From contig JAYWIR010000045.1 in the NCBI GenBank assembly GCA_036172245.1, positions 620,001 through 684,000 of the forward strand: a DNA stretch of 64,000 bases. The letters run 5' to 3'. The notes under the pieces are model-generated. The model had not been told where the DNA came from. It made no database searches and saw only the letters and a program-made list of their open reading frames with translations. Positions 24,257 to 36,638 of the stretch are shown here, one piece after another (the first letter of the stretch is position 1; every line of letters starts with the position of its first letter). Position numbers and translations under genes: made by a program. The stretch comes from Raillietiella orientalis. Lineage: Eukaryota.

Positions 24257-27200
24257 GATTTATTTATGCCGAAAACGGCGACAAGAGAACGGCAACGAAC
24301 CCTTTCTTAAAGATTTCATCCTATGAATTTGCCCATCGCCTAGTCGTAACCTATTTAATCCTATGTGTGTATGTTGATGTCGCACCGAGTCGATTTCGAA
24401 TTCGCTCCCCTTTTCCCCTGCGTAAAACGTGCCGACGAGCGCAGCTTCCTTCACTCAGCTTCCTCTTTGGTTTCCATCCGTGAGAATCCAAGAATACAGC
24501 TGCAGATTCGTTTTCACTTAATCACCCCAATTCCTGCAATTTAGGATCTGCGAGACGAGGCAATGACCAACCAATAACCCGCCGATCATCACAAATGACA
24601 GTCTGCACGTTTACTTTGTATCACACACGCGAAAATGGAACGAAAGTTTTCTCGCACGCTGATTTCGACGTTTGAAACATGTCATTACCCCTGTCACTGT
24701 CATTACTTACAATTCCTCCTCTTATTTCTGGAGAACTCGGTCGCTCGCAAAACATCGCTTTCATTTGTCCATTAGCGATGACAGCTCACTTCAAAAAATG
24801 CAATCTGCATCTTACAGCCGAATACATGCCAATCACGTGCCTACGATGGGCCTTTTTTTTTGCTTTCATTTTTTCGTCTTGCACATGAACAACAGCCAGG
24901 GTACGATAAAACGGAAAAGGATTCTCAGCGCAGTGTACACTCCGTTATCGTACAACAGTAGCAGTTACCACAAGTTCGCCCGCAGGGAGCTCGGATTACT
25001 GAGGTTTATTTCATTCGCACGAGAAGGATAACTCAGAACGAAACTCTGTGTGTCCTTTATGCAAGCAAGGACTATAAATTGTATTCAAACATCGGAAGGG
25101 GGAGGGGGGAGGAAGAGGAAACCTATTTCAACAGATCATCTCTGGCAGCAGAGAGCGTAATGATTTGAAAATAATTTTAAAGTACGGCAGGAAACGCACA
25201 CACGCAGAGGTGCATTGATTCTGCTGCTTTCTCAACTGAGAAACAGCATGGAGATGCGATGAAATGATCAGCATATCTTGCCAATGCGTGCGCGCTTTAT
25301 TTTAGGAAACCGTGTACGGAAGAGGGCAAAAGCCCTCGGTGCACTATTTACAATGCACTCCATTTTCGAAAGTCTGAACTTTCTCGTACACGTACACACT
25401 CTGGCGACATGTGCAGAACCATACGAAACTGAGATGGAAATTGCACTCCAATCATTTTTACCGCAAGGGATCGGAAATCCCCGACACGCCTGAAATGGTG
25501 CAACAGTACCGAAATGGTACAGAGAAATGGTGACAGATGTGTCCGAAAACAGTCTCAGTTTCTTTCGCACTTTCCCATTTTCGTCCACGTATTCCTTTCA
25601 AAGGATCGCACGTTAATGTATTCCGCATATAATCCAGAGTTGAGAGCGGGAACATTATGTGTTGGGGGGGGGGGGGGAGAGGGGTCTGCAGACTTACCGC
25701 TTCCGTATGCACTGGATGAACTGCAAAAATTAATGATGCAACGAAACTTGCAGATTTAGGCAGAAAAATAAGGCACAGTCTAGAAACATAAGAAAACAAG
25801 ACTTAGAACAAATGCGATCACACTCTTGCATAAAAAATCAGTTACGTTGCAGCCACGGCATGGAAGACAAACATGCAAATACAAAAAATCACCAAGGAAA
25901 CCCTATTTGGTGGCCGAATTGCAGCAGCACGTTTCCCACAAGATTTTGCAGGAGCGGAGAGGAAAATCGATGTGGTGCTTAAGATCGCGCATTTGGAAGT
26001 TCCCAGACTTTTATGCTGATCGTTTGGTTTCATCCCGAAACCAAATTCCCGCAAAAGCGCTTTTTTCCTTGATTGCTTTCATCGTCAAAGACGTACAGAA
26101 CTGTGTGTCTGTGCAGATGCCTTGCCAGAAGTGGAAAAGAACCGAGGTTTCATCGGAACAAACTAGCGCACCATTCAGTGTACGTTGTTGCCGTTGTTGC
26201 TTTTGTCTTTGGAGTAAAAGTCCAGTTTTTCCTAGTGCAGTTTTAAAATTCAATGTTCTCTTTTCTTAACGTCTAACGTAAACGAAAAAAAAAGAAAAAC
26301 CATCACGCAGATAGAGTTTTTTTTCTTTCAGTCCTTTTTCCTTTCTTTTTTTTTTAAACAAAACGCTGCAAAATGCTTCTAGAAAAAGAAAACACAAAAA
26401 GTAGAGTTGCGGTCAAAACATTACTCTACGAGCCTGCATTAGGATTACCCATTTCTTGTTTATGAATGAAGAAACTACTGAGGGAACACTAGAAATCCAA
26501 ACGCAAAGAACAGATCGACCAATAGAAGAAGAAAAACGCACTCAGACCTGACGGCAAAAACAAGCCGGAACCATTCCATGGAGCTTTGAAATTAAGTTTC
26601 CATTTAATCGCTATGATCGCATTCCTTTGATTTCCCTTCGAATGGAGCCGAACAGTCTACGAATGGAGAGACTGGTGAGCAATCTCGGATCCCGGTTTAA
26701 AGACGGAAATGCCGTTCCCCGATCTTCTGTAGAATGTGCTGCCATGCAAATGTTAATTCTTTGCTTAACTCCAAATGTGAGAGAGACAAAACACATAAAT
26801 GCTGCAGCTCCGAACATTTAATTCCTTAATAATGAGAGGAATTAGGTAATTAGGAGGCTCCGCTGTTGCAAGCAGCAATATGAACAGAAGCGAAGTATCA
26901 GGACAGACAATCGTTCAAAAAACCTGTCCTTATTAATCCTTTAGTAGAAATTTTTTCCTATGGAAAAGAAGACCATAATGAACTTATTAATCCTTTAGTA
27001 GAGATTTTTTCCTGTGGAGAAGAAGAGCATAAGCTATTAAGACCGCGTTGCACACATTCTTCTGCTGGGATAAATCCTTCTTTCATCCACAGCAATTTCA
27101 GAAAAATCTTTTTTCCTTGTTTTCAGCGCGTTGCTTCAAGGTGCTCGAGTTTCCTCTACCCACTGCAAGATGACTTCGCTTTAAACCAAAAAGCGCTTCC

Positions 27201-30200
27201 AGAGGATCGAAAACTTTCCAACGTCGATTTATTTTTCCTTGGATGCTCTGGAGGATAAGGACGAGCAAAATACACCGTTAAGAACCGAAGGCATAAATAT
27301 TTTTGTGTCGAATCGATAATGATCGTCAATCTGAAACGATGGAGAAGTGGAAATTTCAATTCGATCCCACTTCAATTCAAACCTTCGTTCTCGTTTCGCT
27401 GCGACCTTTTGGTTGGCTCACTTGAGGGATGCTGTGCATCAGCTGCGGAAACGGAACTTGCTGAAGAAAAATTAAATGAGGCAGATAATGATCATTTAGA
27501 CAGAATCCACTAATGGTAACACTGCTACAATAATATCCACAGCATTGCATGTACGTATCCTCTCCACAATTTTTCTCCGGATGATTCACAGATGCCATCT
27601 AGGCTAAAAGTGATCTGCATTTCGGTTACCATGTAAACAACTCGGTGAAGTAATATTGCGGATGACCGAGCAATCAGGCAAATACAGACAAATACGAGAA
27701 TCAGCATTGCTGAGTAGAAGTAAGTAAAATATTTGCTGATGTAACATGTGAAGCAGAACATTCCTGCAAGTTGGATTTCTTAAAGGCCTCTGGGCCAAAG
27801 ATTCGTTTTCCGCTCGGGAATCTCAGCTGCAGGAGCAACGGAACAACTTGAGAGCATCATGTACTATTGGGAGTTGCAACTCGATCCGTGTGTTTGTGAA
27901 TTTTGTCGTTTCTTATTCTGAGGCCGTTCTGCTTCGATTGTGAACAACTTCGCTATTAGCCTCTGAAGCCCAGTGCAAAACTCAACCGCTGAAAATGTTG
28001 CAGAATCCGGGATGCCTACTTCTGAACGCTAACACGCTTCGTTTTTCAGCAAGAACGAAAAGAGCATTTCATTTATAATACCACGAATGACTTTGAAGGA
28101 TAATTTCGGAACTGTCGAAAGAAGACCCATCAGCCGGGAAAGCATATAAAGGCATACCCGCCGGCAGGGCAGCACAAACATTTACAAAAAAATGACTGGG
28201 GGGCAAAAAGCTAGCACCTGCTCATGGAAAGAATTTACCACAAAATTTTTCAAATTTGCCAGACCAAAAATTCCAAAAAACAAAAACAAAACAAAACAAA
28301 GGAAAGTGTTGGTTTGATTCGAAGCAAAGATCTCTTAGGCCAACCACCAGACGAAAGAACAGAGCAAAGGCGACAACAGCCACCGAGACCAGCAGACTCC
28401 GATGGCTGGAGCTGAGGTGGACGGTGAAGATGCGTACGCTGAGATCACTCATGTACCAAAAAAGAATCGCCGTATGGTGAGCACATGATCTGAGCTCAGG
28501 AATACGAGTTTACGGAATAAAAGACGCTCTAATGGCGGCCACTGGAAAGCGTGTGTGGCGACAGACTCATTAAACGTGATGCATTAAACTGAAAATTTCT
28601 CACAAAACAATTCAAGAAGGAATGGGAAATACCTGTAAAACAAAAGCGTCACAACAATGTGCAGAATGACATTAACCAAATGATAGCCCATGGGGTCTAA
28701 CTGATGAATCATGTAATTCAAACGGAATGTCAGCACACATATGGGACGATAAGATTTATGACTTTGCTCCTGAAAGATTTAAGTACTTATATTAGCATTA
28801 ATGTTTATCAATCATTTGCACGATTCATGAGAAACACGCACATACACACAAAAAAACTTCAAGCAGATCATACTTTGGTGATGATGAATCCAAAAACAGA
28901 GAGAGACACACAACACCAGAAAACATCAAAGACGACGACAACCACAAAACCGAAGATCAGTTTTTTTTTTTTCTTTTCGGCGTGGCTCACGGGAGATGAG
29001 TTGCCTGCGGAGAGCCATGCACGGAGGCAAGGATTCAGTGGGCTTGACGAAACAAAAAACACATCGGTGAGGACACGGGAAGGACAAAAAAAAAGAAGCA
29101 AACGCGGATGACAACCGCTTTTCGATTCTCAAAACTGACCATCCGAAATGAACACAACAGACACACACAACAAGTTAATCAGCCGGTATACCTTCGCAAG
29201 CAGGAGGGATGAGTTTCGCAAGTACAATTTCGTTCTGGTCAGTTGCACTGAATGTCATTTACGAGTTTCAGTGTTATTTACCAGATAATTTAATGTGCTT
29301 ACGAGTGCCAACTTAAAGAGCACGTATTACAGTTTTAATGGAGTTATTGTGTCATCATTTCTCATGCTCCGGTGTGTTTGCGTTTACTGTTTGCGGAAGA
29401 AGAACATGAGCAAAACATGAAGAACAAAGCCTCTACTTTGGAAAAACAATTTCTTCTTCTTCTTCTTCTTCTTTCCCTTTCCTCTTTGGTTTTTTTTTTT
29501 TTCTTTTTTTGACGAATTTCGATGCCAGCGTATGTGCCGCTTTTCAAAGGCGTAGACGACTTTTCCAGCTATGAGATGAGGAGACAAACAAGGGAAAGAA
29601 TTCCTCTTCGAATTCCGTGCCATGGCAAAACTTCCGAAGTTTTCTTAGCAATTAAACAGTCACACATGCACAACGTACAACACAAGCAGTTACACACATC
29701 AAACGAAGATGAAATTTATTTTTATACACGTGTACACTCCCAATTCGATGTAGAACTTTCATTACGTACACATCACTTTTCGCGAGGGCACTACCGGGAA
29801 TAAAAGCCGCTAAAAATATTTCCATTTAAAAATTGGGCTTGGCATAACCACTGAGCACGGTGAGGAGTTTTCGCTTTGAAATGCTTCCTTTAATACCGTA
29901 TAATTGGGGATATTCGTAGCTGATATACTGAATGAATAAATCAATTCAGCCGTTTGACTTGTACCATCTGATCTCGAAAAAAGGAAAAATAGAAGCGAAA
30001 AGAACGTGGGACAAACAAACACCACATAAAATTCGAATCTGAATCACGAAAATCAATAGCCTCAGAAACAGATGTGAATTGAAAACCGATTTGATTAAAC
30101 TCTTGGAAGCGAGATAGAAAAAGAGCACATCTAAGTGCATTTCCGCGTCGGATGATTGGTGCATACAATTTCTATCTTTCATTTCCCGCAATTGCAAAAA

Positions 30201-30848
30201 ACTGGTTCTGCAAAGGGAAAATGTACATGCATTCTTCCATAATTCGTCCAAAAAACAGTTTGGATATTTCTTCTACCCATTAATCGCATTCGTGATAAAG
30301 GAAGAGCGCAGCAAAATTGAATATTAATGAATTACATTGAACAACACACGAATCAGACAAAGATTAAAAGTATGACACGTATACTACACGACGCTTGAAA
30401 TTCGGAGACCAAGAAATCATGATCCAATTTTATAAAATTTTGGATATGCTAACGGCCAAATGTAGCAAAACGATGATGATTCTATCACAGAATCGACATC
30501 CATCATTTATTACTTGAAATTTCGATCTGCACTTTAGGACTTGCACAATACCTACAAGCAGGCTTACAAAATACAAAACAAGGAACACACATGCTCATGG
30601 ATTTTTTTTTTTTTTTTTAAATGCTGTTTGTGGATTACCTTAGTCATAGAAGTTCCCCAAAAGTCGTGAAAGAATAAATTCTTGATTGGTACATATGAAC
30701 GAATATCCTTGTTCTCGGTGACTGCACTAATATCGTCGAAGACAAAGCCACACTGTAGTGAGTTGTAGTAACAGGCCCAACATGCCAGCGTTACGATGAA
30801 GATATAATATGAATCACTGCTCATTCTATAGTTTTCTTGAAACAGCAT
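11755..30848 (-). CDS. TMTC3: Transmembrane O-mannosyltransferase targeting cadherins 3 (TMTC3), 13 coding exons, about 868 aa
   Basis: Exons 30848-30639, 28769-28633, 25779-25698, 21051-20952, 19154-19039, 14834-14665, 14612-14357, 14297-14149, 14014-13793, 13723-13630, 13564-13274, 12594-12127 and 12066-11755 join in frame with GT-AG introns. The motifs [84 protein letters not shown] and [11 protein letters not shown] match the TMTC3 sequence as I recall it. The start codon could also be the Met at 30824 or lie in an upstream exon. Confidence 0.93.
12127..12594 (-). CDS. TMTC3: TMTC3 coding exon 12 (TPRs)
   Basis: [10 protein letters not shown]...[13 protein letters not shown]...[10 protein letters not shown]...EEAAK, bounded by ttgtag and gtaacg. 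Confidence 0.93.
13274..13564 (-). CDS. TMTC3: TMTC3 coding exon 11 (TPR)
   Basis: [33 protein letters not shown]...NPDIYYN. AAG acceptor after a pyrimidine tract, donor gtaagt. Confidence 0.9.
13630..13723 (-). CDS. TMTC3: TMTC3 coding exon 10 (TPR)
   Basis: [31 protein letters not shown], bounded by cgccag and gtatct. Confidence 0.9.
13793..14014 (-). CDS. TMTC3: TMTC3 coding exon 9 (last TM and first TPR)
   Basis: [10 protein letters not shown]...[34 protein letters not shown]...FQKAV. CTAAC branch-like site before a taatag acceptor, donor gttcgt. Confidence 0.88.
14149..14297 (-). CDS. TMTC3: TMTC3 coding exon 8
   Basis: [49 protein letters not shown](R), bounded by ctttag and gtacag. 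Confidence 0.92.
14357..14612 (-). CDS. TMTC3: TMTC3 coding exon 7 (DUF1736-type luminal loop)
   Basis: [20 protein letters not shown]...[15 protein letters not shown]...ETLIM, bounded by ttgcag and gtgtgg. Confidence 0.92.
14665..14834 (-). CDS. TMTC3: TMTC3 coding exon 6
   Basis: FRLSHLCGG...[16 protein letters not shown](K), bounded by gttccag and gtaagt. Phases fit both neighbours. Confidence 0.88.
19039..19154 (-). CDS. TMTC3: TMTC3 coding exon 5
   Basis: [38 protein letters not shown], bounded by attccag and gtaatg. Confidence 0.92.
20952..21051 (-). CDS. TMTC3: TMTC3 coding exon 4
   Basis: [33 protein letters not shown], bounded by tttttag and gtatgt. Confidence 0.92.
21991..22286. 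mobile_element. Putative pogo/Tigger-type MITE (~296 bp) in TMTC3 intron 3
   Basis: The left end TA|CAATAGACCACCGTATAAC resembles the reverse complement of the right end, TA|CAGTGGACCCCTCTCATAAC. TA flanks both sides. Confidence 0.5.
25698..25779 (-). CDS. TMTC3: TMTC3 coding exon 3
   Basis: [27 protein letters not shown], bounded by tttctag and gtaagt. Confidence 0.92.
26929..27033 (+). repeat. 54-bp tandem duplication
   Basis: CTTATTAATCCTTTAGTAGARATTTTTTCCTRTGGARAAGAAGA at 26929 and 26983. Confidence 0.9.
28633..28769 (-). CDS. TMTC3: TMTC3 coding exon 2
   Basis: [45 protein letters not shown](R), bounded by ctttcag and gtattt. Not in the ORF track, translated by hand. Confidence 0.92.
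30639..30848 (-). CDS. TMTC3: TMTC3 coding exon 1 (TM1 and GFVFDD acidic motif)
   Basis: [48 protein letters not shown]...FWGTSMTK. Donor GTAATC at 30638, acceptor TTTTCAG ending at 30854. Confidence 0.9.
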
Positions 30849-33800
30849 AACTCCTGAAAATCATCATGCCAATTAACCGTCACAAGATTAACTACGCAGT
30901 AACCAGCTACTCGGGTTTCGAACCACTTGCACAACTGGTCAAGGTGTTTAGAAGCTGGAGAAAAGGTGAACAATTCTATGTCAAAATATGAAATCAACTA
31001 GAGCTAAAATTTGAATCTCTGCATGCCCAAGTTCATGCGATAGGCTTTCTTAATTCTCGATCAAGAGAAATAAGTATCATTCCATGTAAACTGACGATCT
31101 CGACATAATCGTGAAAATAGAGGAAAGAAAAAAAAGAATTGTTTACGAATTATTTGTTTGGAGGCAAAATCGAAATGGAGGAACCACAACTCCACTTACA
31201 GAACCTACTGCGTGTTTTTTATTTTACTCGTAATGAGTCCCCAGTAAATGAATGCGTTAGATGTTAGGTCCTCGGTTGTGGAAGGACACAGAGTTCAATT
31301 ACGTTGAACATATGGAATTAAAACAAATCCTTACATTATTTTGAATTCGTTGCACCACGTCCACGTTGGAAGGGAAAACCATTCATGCTATTCAGCAAAC
31401 ACACAAAACTAACCACTGCAGCTTAATAAATTAAGGTGCACTTTAAAAACAGGAAAGCGGGCTTCAAATAGGAACAGAACACAAAGACGGAGCACATGAA
31501 AACGATTCTGAAGATATCTGGAACGTAATCGTAAAAAGCTTCGAAACAAAAAATTGCACGAAGAATTTACCTTCACTACACAGAAGGAGATGGGCATTAA
31601 CTGTACCTTTTCTACCGACACTACAGTGCACCACTTTACCAAATACTACGTTTCAACAAGGAAGAATTTCAGCAGAACTGGACTTCTTCTGAGAAAAATT
31701 CACAGCCTCGAGAATTCAGTGAAGCTGCGAAGATAAATGGTGATCTATGCTGAGAGACTTAATACCGTTCTAAATCTTGCTCTCACCATACTCATTTGTA
31801 ACTGACAATTACCTGTCGAGAGAGTACTGGAATCAATCAAACCAACCTGAATTTGTACCGCTAAAGAAACGATGAAGCACTGGCATGCCATACTTTTCAG
31901 ATTCATATTTATGACGTTGCTGAACGAAAAAAAGAAATGACAGGGAACTGTGGTACAAAAACGTCAAAGAACGGAAGTCAAAAAAGAACAAAAACTGCAA
32001 CCAAAAAGTCGTGTTGGATCCTTGGAAACATACAGATTACTTACTTTCTCCTCTTTTTGTGTACGAAATAGAAATCCACGTTCATCTGAGGATCAGAACT
32101 ACTACAAGTAACGTGGAAAACCAATGGATGAAATTTCGGGAGCAAAATCCTAAAATCGAGCTTTAATTTCGTGTAAAAAAAATAATCCACAACTCTTTCT
32201 CTCGACGGGGGAATGCAAAGCTAAAAGTCGCTTCTCAAGCCATCCATTCACAAAGCACACCTCTCTGCAAAGATTCTGACGCTAAAGGGTCAATCCCACG
32301 TGATTCAATGCGAATTACGCAACTTTCTGTGGCACTCTGAAAAGAAAGACCCCGGTTTAGCAGCCTCTGAGTTCTGGCATATCTAGGAAAAGCTGATGGT
32401 TCTCCAAATTTCACGTTTGCAGAAAAAGAAAAAAAAAAACTTCGCAAACTGCAACAGGAACGTACTGTTTGATATATACAACTCACTAACCCTCTTAAGA
32501 AACAAAAACGTGGATGCCGACGAGATTAACCACTAATCAAGCTGAGTTGATTTCATGTTGTTACCGAGCATAACAGTTGACATGGCTACCCACTTTTCAT
32601 TAGCAAAGAACCACTGAGAAAAGTAAAAGCAAAATTGAAAAACGCCATGAATATCTTTCGCAAATGAGGATTCCAAAAGATTTCCGCATGCATTTCACTT
32701 TCCGAACATCATCCATATCTAATCTGGTTCTAAATTCCACTACATTCCGTTATGTGTTCAAGCATGAAATCAGCCTTTCTCAACAGCAGCCACCACCGTT
32801 TCGAAGAATTGCATGAACACTGCTGCGATTAGAAGCGTCTTAGCCACAAAGCCGGGGTGTACAGTGCAGCATTCGAAGATACAACAAAATCAAATCAGCA
32901 ATCAATATCCAAAAGTTCGCAACATGAGGGCTTTTTCTTTGACTGTTTGAGGAAGCTTCACGTTTCACTATTTCAGGGCCAAAATCTTAACGAAAAATAA
33001 CCATTTAAGAATTTTTAAACGTTGAGGAATTTACTGATTACCAGCTGAAGCATAAAGAGTTCTCAATGAATTCCATTTTTCGGCTTTGAAAAGGTACAAT
33101 ATTTATCAAGGTATTTATTATCAGAGCATGCTTCGTGCACACTACTGACAAAAGCAGAAATAAACGAGTGTTCATAAATTCATTAACTGATGAAAGCACG
33201 ATAACAATCATCCCTGAAAGTTATCAACCGTGAATTACAAGATAAAATCTTACACATTCAATTTTAAGAAGACACGAGACAAAAAAGAAAAAAAAAAAAA
33301 AAAACCCTGGAATGTAAAGTCGGCCAAACTGAGTACTCAACCTGAAAATTGAAGTCGACATAAAGTTTACTCAATACCTGCGAAACAACTTTCACAAGAA
33401 GCCACTCGTCCTGTGACAGTAACCACGATTGGCTTTACAGAAAAGGGAATTTTACTAGGGAAATGCACGAGGCCAGAAACCAATGGACTTTTCCACGGAG
33501 AACAGTGCCATATGGACGGGCACACAAATAGGGTGTACTGCCCGATGGAAGACACTCGACAGTGCATTGAAAGAACTGCCAGCGTCCCAAACACCGGTAC
33601 ATTTCGCATACCGACTAACCAGTGCAACTCACAAACGCTTCTCATTCAAAGACATGCACATCGCAAAAGACAGAGCTTTCCCTAAATAAGCCATCGAGTA
33701 CACAGTGGATAAGTTGCAAGCACTCTCAGATTTCTGGATACACACCCACCCACACAGAGTACGAATTCTTGATGGCTGCCTCCTATGAACACTTTTGCTT

Positions 33801-36594
33801 CCACGCTTTTAAGAAAAAGGGCTTCCGACATTTGTGTATGTTGCAATGAAATTGAATCAACCGACTTATGAACCACATGACTTGCCCTAGGCAAACAAGC
33901 ACAAGGAACAAACACGTACACGCACGTAGTACGTCTCCATGCACCCACAAGAACACGAGTTCCTCAACCCGCTCTCAAGCTATTTTCCTTCTAGCCGGAG
34001 GATCTTTAGATGTGCACATGATGGAACTGGATTCTTTCGTTGCCGCATGCAACACACAGCAGCACAACCATACATTTGTATTTGTTAATGGCATCGTTTT
34101 GGAAATTTTGCAGAGGGGCTTCCTTATTGTACACGCATTTATGTGACGCACGAGCAGCTCCCTTCCTCCTCCTCCTCGAAATTCGAGACCCAAATAAACT
34201 GTTTGCGAATGGTAGAAACCGTTTCCCATGAATTCCGAGATCCGTTCCATCGATGTCCATGGACTGAATTGTGCGAAAAGGAAAGCATTCGAAATGCACC
34301 CCTCGGCGTGGGTCACTTTTTGCACATCGGGAACGACCAGGAGCAGAAAAACATAAATGCGTCGTCTGGTCAATTTTCCGAATCTTTTAAATTTCGATTT
34401 TGCGCAGAACAATTTCCGAAAGGATTGCACGGAAAACTTCTCCTTGCAGCTGGTATTTTCGTTATGCTTTTTCGACCTGAGAAGAAATTACTGTGATCTC
34501 AGAAAGAAATAACTGGCGCTACACACACAATCGAAATAAAGTCCGCGAAAAACAATACGAAAGTCAATCAATCAACTGAGGACGTGATCATTCAAATGAA
34601 AAATGTCCCTTAACCCGCTAAGACCCTTTGAAAGCAAATGAATACATGCAAGAAGTCCTTTGAGAGAACTTGAAGTGCACTGGGTTACGTTTTCAACATA
34701 AGCCTCGTGAAACAAAATATACAATATAGCCAGAAGATGAATCAATTAATCCCGCGACGAAATCAGAAATGTTCCAGAAACTGAATTCTTGGCCACTAGC
34801 ACGTGTCCGCATATCACATTACAAATCAGCACCTATGTGCATGTGACATTCGGTTTTCAGGATTTTATAAAATCAGCTACAAAATACACACGTTACTCTT
34901 CCTCGTCACGATTTCCTAACTTCTTGCTATGTTTTCGAATATATTTCATCAAAAAATGCGGTATTTAAATCTCCATGCACGCATTATGGAGTGAAGTGCA
35001 TATACTATGATCTGAACAGAGACATTACAACATATTAAACATTACAGCTCAACTTTAAAATACCATCAAAAGCAAATCAACTGCATGGAGTGCATATGCA
35101 CATCAAACACGATAAAACTATGCTCCCTAAATCAGCTTATCCTTTTTCCTCATTTTTCTTAAAACGCACAAGTAACTCTACTGAACTGTAGAGTATACAT
35201 TTGTTCCCTGGCACTCATGCGCTCATAATAGTGAACAGATGATCCATAAAACATTAGCACCGGTATCACAGAACAGGGATGACCATAAAACTGTAAAAAG
35301 ATCTGCCCAAGGAGTTCCAACTGTACTAACAAAAATAAGCAAACTGCGTCCAAGAGCGGACATCCTTACAAAATCGTTCCAGTTTGTCTAAGTTTGCGGT
35401 TTTTCTCGGGCCAAAGTCTTCAACGCGGAGGCATGCGCTAGAACCACGGCAAGCGGGCCGTGTAATTAGTGGCACAGAACGCACAACACATTCTGAAAAC
35501 GGTGTCAATCTGTGCACAATCAATCTGAATTGAAGACAGGGAAAGTTTAAATTTCTCGGGCAAAGGATAGGGACGATGAAGGATTTGATATGGCGAAAAA
35601 AGTAAAGAGTATCGATCGGAACAGACTATCGGCGATGACCACACGATGTCCCGTAAAAACGAAAAGGACACAAAAATTCAAACTGACGAGCCAGGAATTT
35701 CGAAGATGCTCGCTGTTTAGCAAAGACAAGAAAAAAAAGGATCCCCATGTAAACCCACAGTTAGCAAAATGAACGTCCTAAGCTTGTTGCGTAAGATGGA
35801 GTGTGTATTTTCCATTTCTTCATAAGATCTGCGGAACAGTTTTTTCCCCAAAAAAGGCAAAAGCAGAATCACGGAAACACATAATCTTCAAGATTGTGTT
35901 TTTCCGTAACCCATAAGACCAAAGGAACACTCGATATCGAGACGACGTACGGTACTTTGCGATCGGTTGATGAAAATCTTCCGCACACATTCTGAATCTG
36001 CTGCTCCCGTATTGCAGCTTTCTTGTGGGTGACATGAGGAAACTTTCAAATACGGTAGTTTAAGAAACAATTTAATTAATTTCATGAATATCAATAATGA
36101 AACTGAAGTCCTGCAGCTGAATGCATTTTCCATGAAATCGCACAAAAAAAAAAAAAAAAAAGGAAACGCTAATACCTTATGTCCTAACAATTTAACACGA
36201 GTTCAGAGAAACCATTTAAAAAACGATCGAGGGTCCAGCAGATACAAGCAATGTTACTATCATCACGTGTGACAACGACAACACATAGCCTTATGCGATG
36301 TTGATAACCTTCACACACACATATATCATCTTCATAATCATCCCTGATCCTTAAAATCACTTCCTGAAGGCCACAATCGGTTCTTGGGAAGAGTGCGCAC
36401 GAACACTGCACGCTATCTTAGCCAAAAGAGATTCTGCTCCCAAACCAAGTAACCAAGCCACTGGAAGTTCCCGTAAGCTCTAAAAAAAAATCCTCATAAC
36501 CACGAAATTCAGTTCCAACTGGCAAACGCTTTCCCCTCGCTTTTGCACAAGAAACCTACCCAACACAAAAACAGAAACAAAAATTACAACCAGT

Positions 36595-36638
36595 ATGATG
36601 ATGATGATGATGATGATGACGACGACGACGACGACGAT
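36595..36638 (+). repeat. Compound microsatellite (GAT)n(GAC)n
   Basis: Directly visible. Confidence 0.95.

Noticed and set aside
25842..25880. [10 protein letters not shown] resembling TMTC3 NMIFHAVV as an alternative exon 2
   Set aside because: It lacks SHKSYRP and ends in a stop. The true exon 2 is at 28769-28633.
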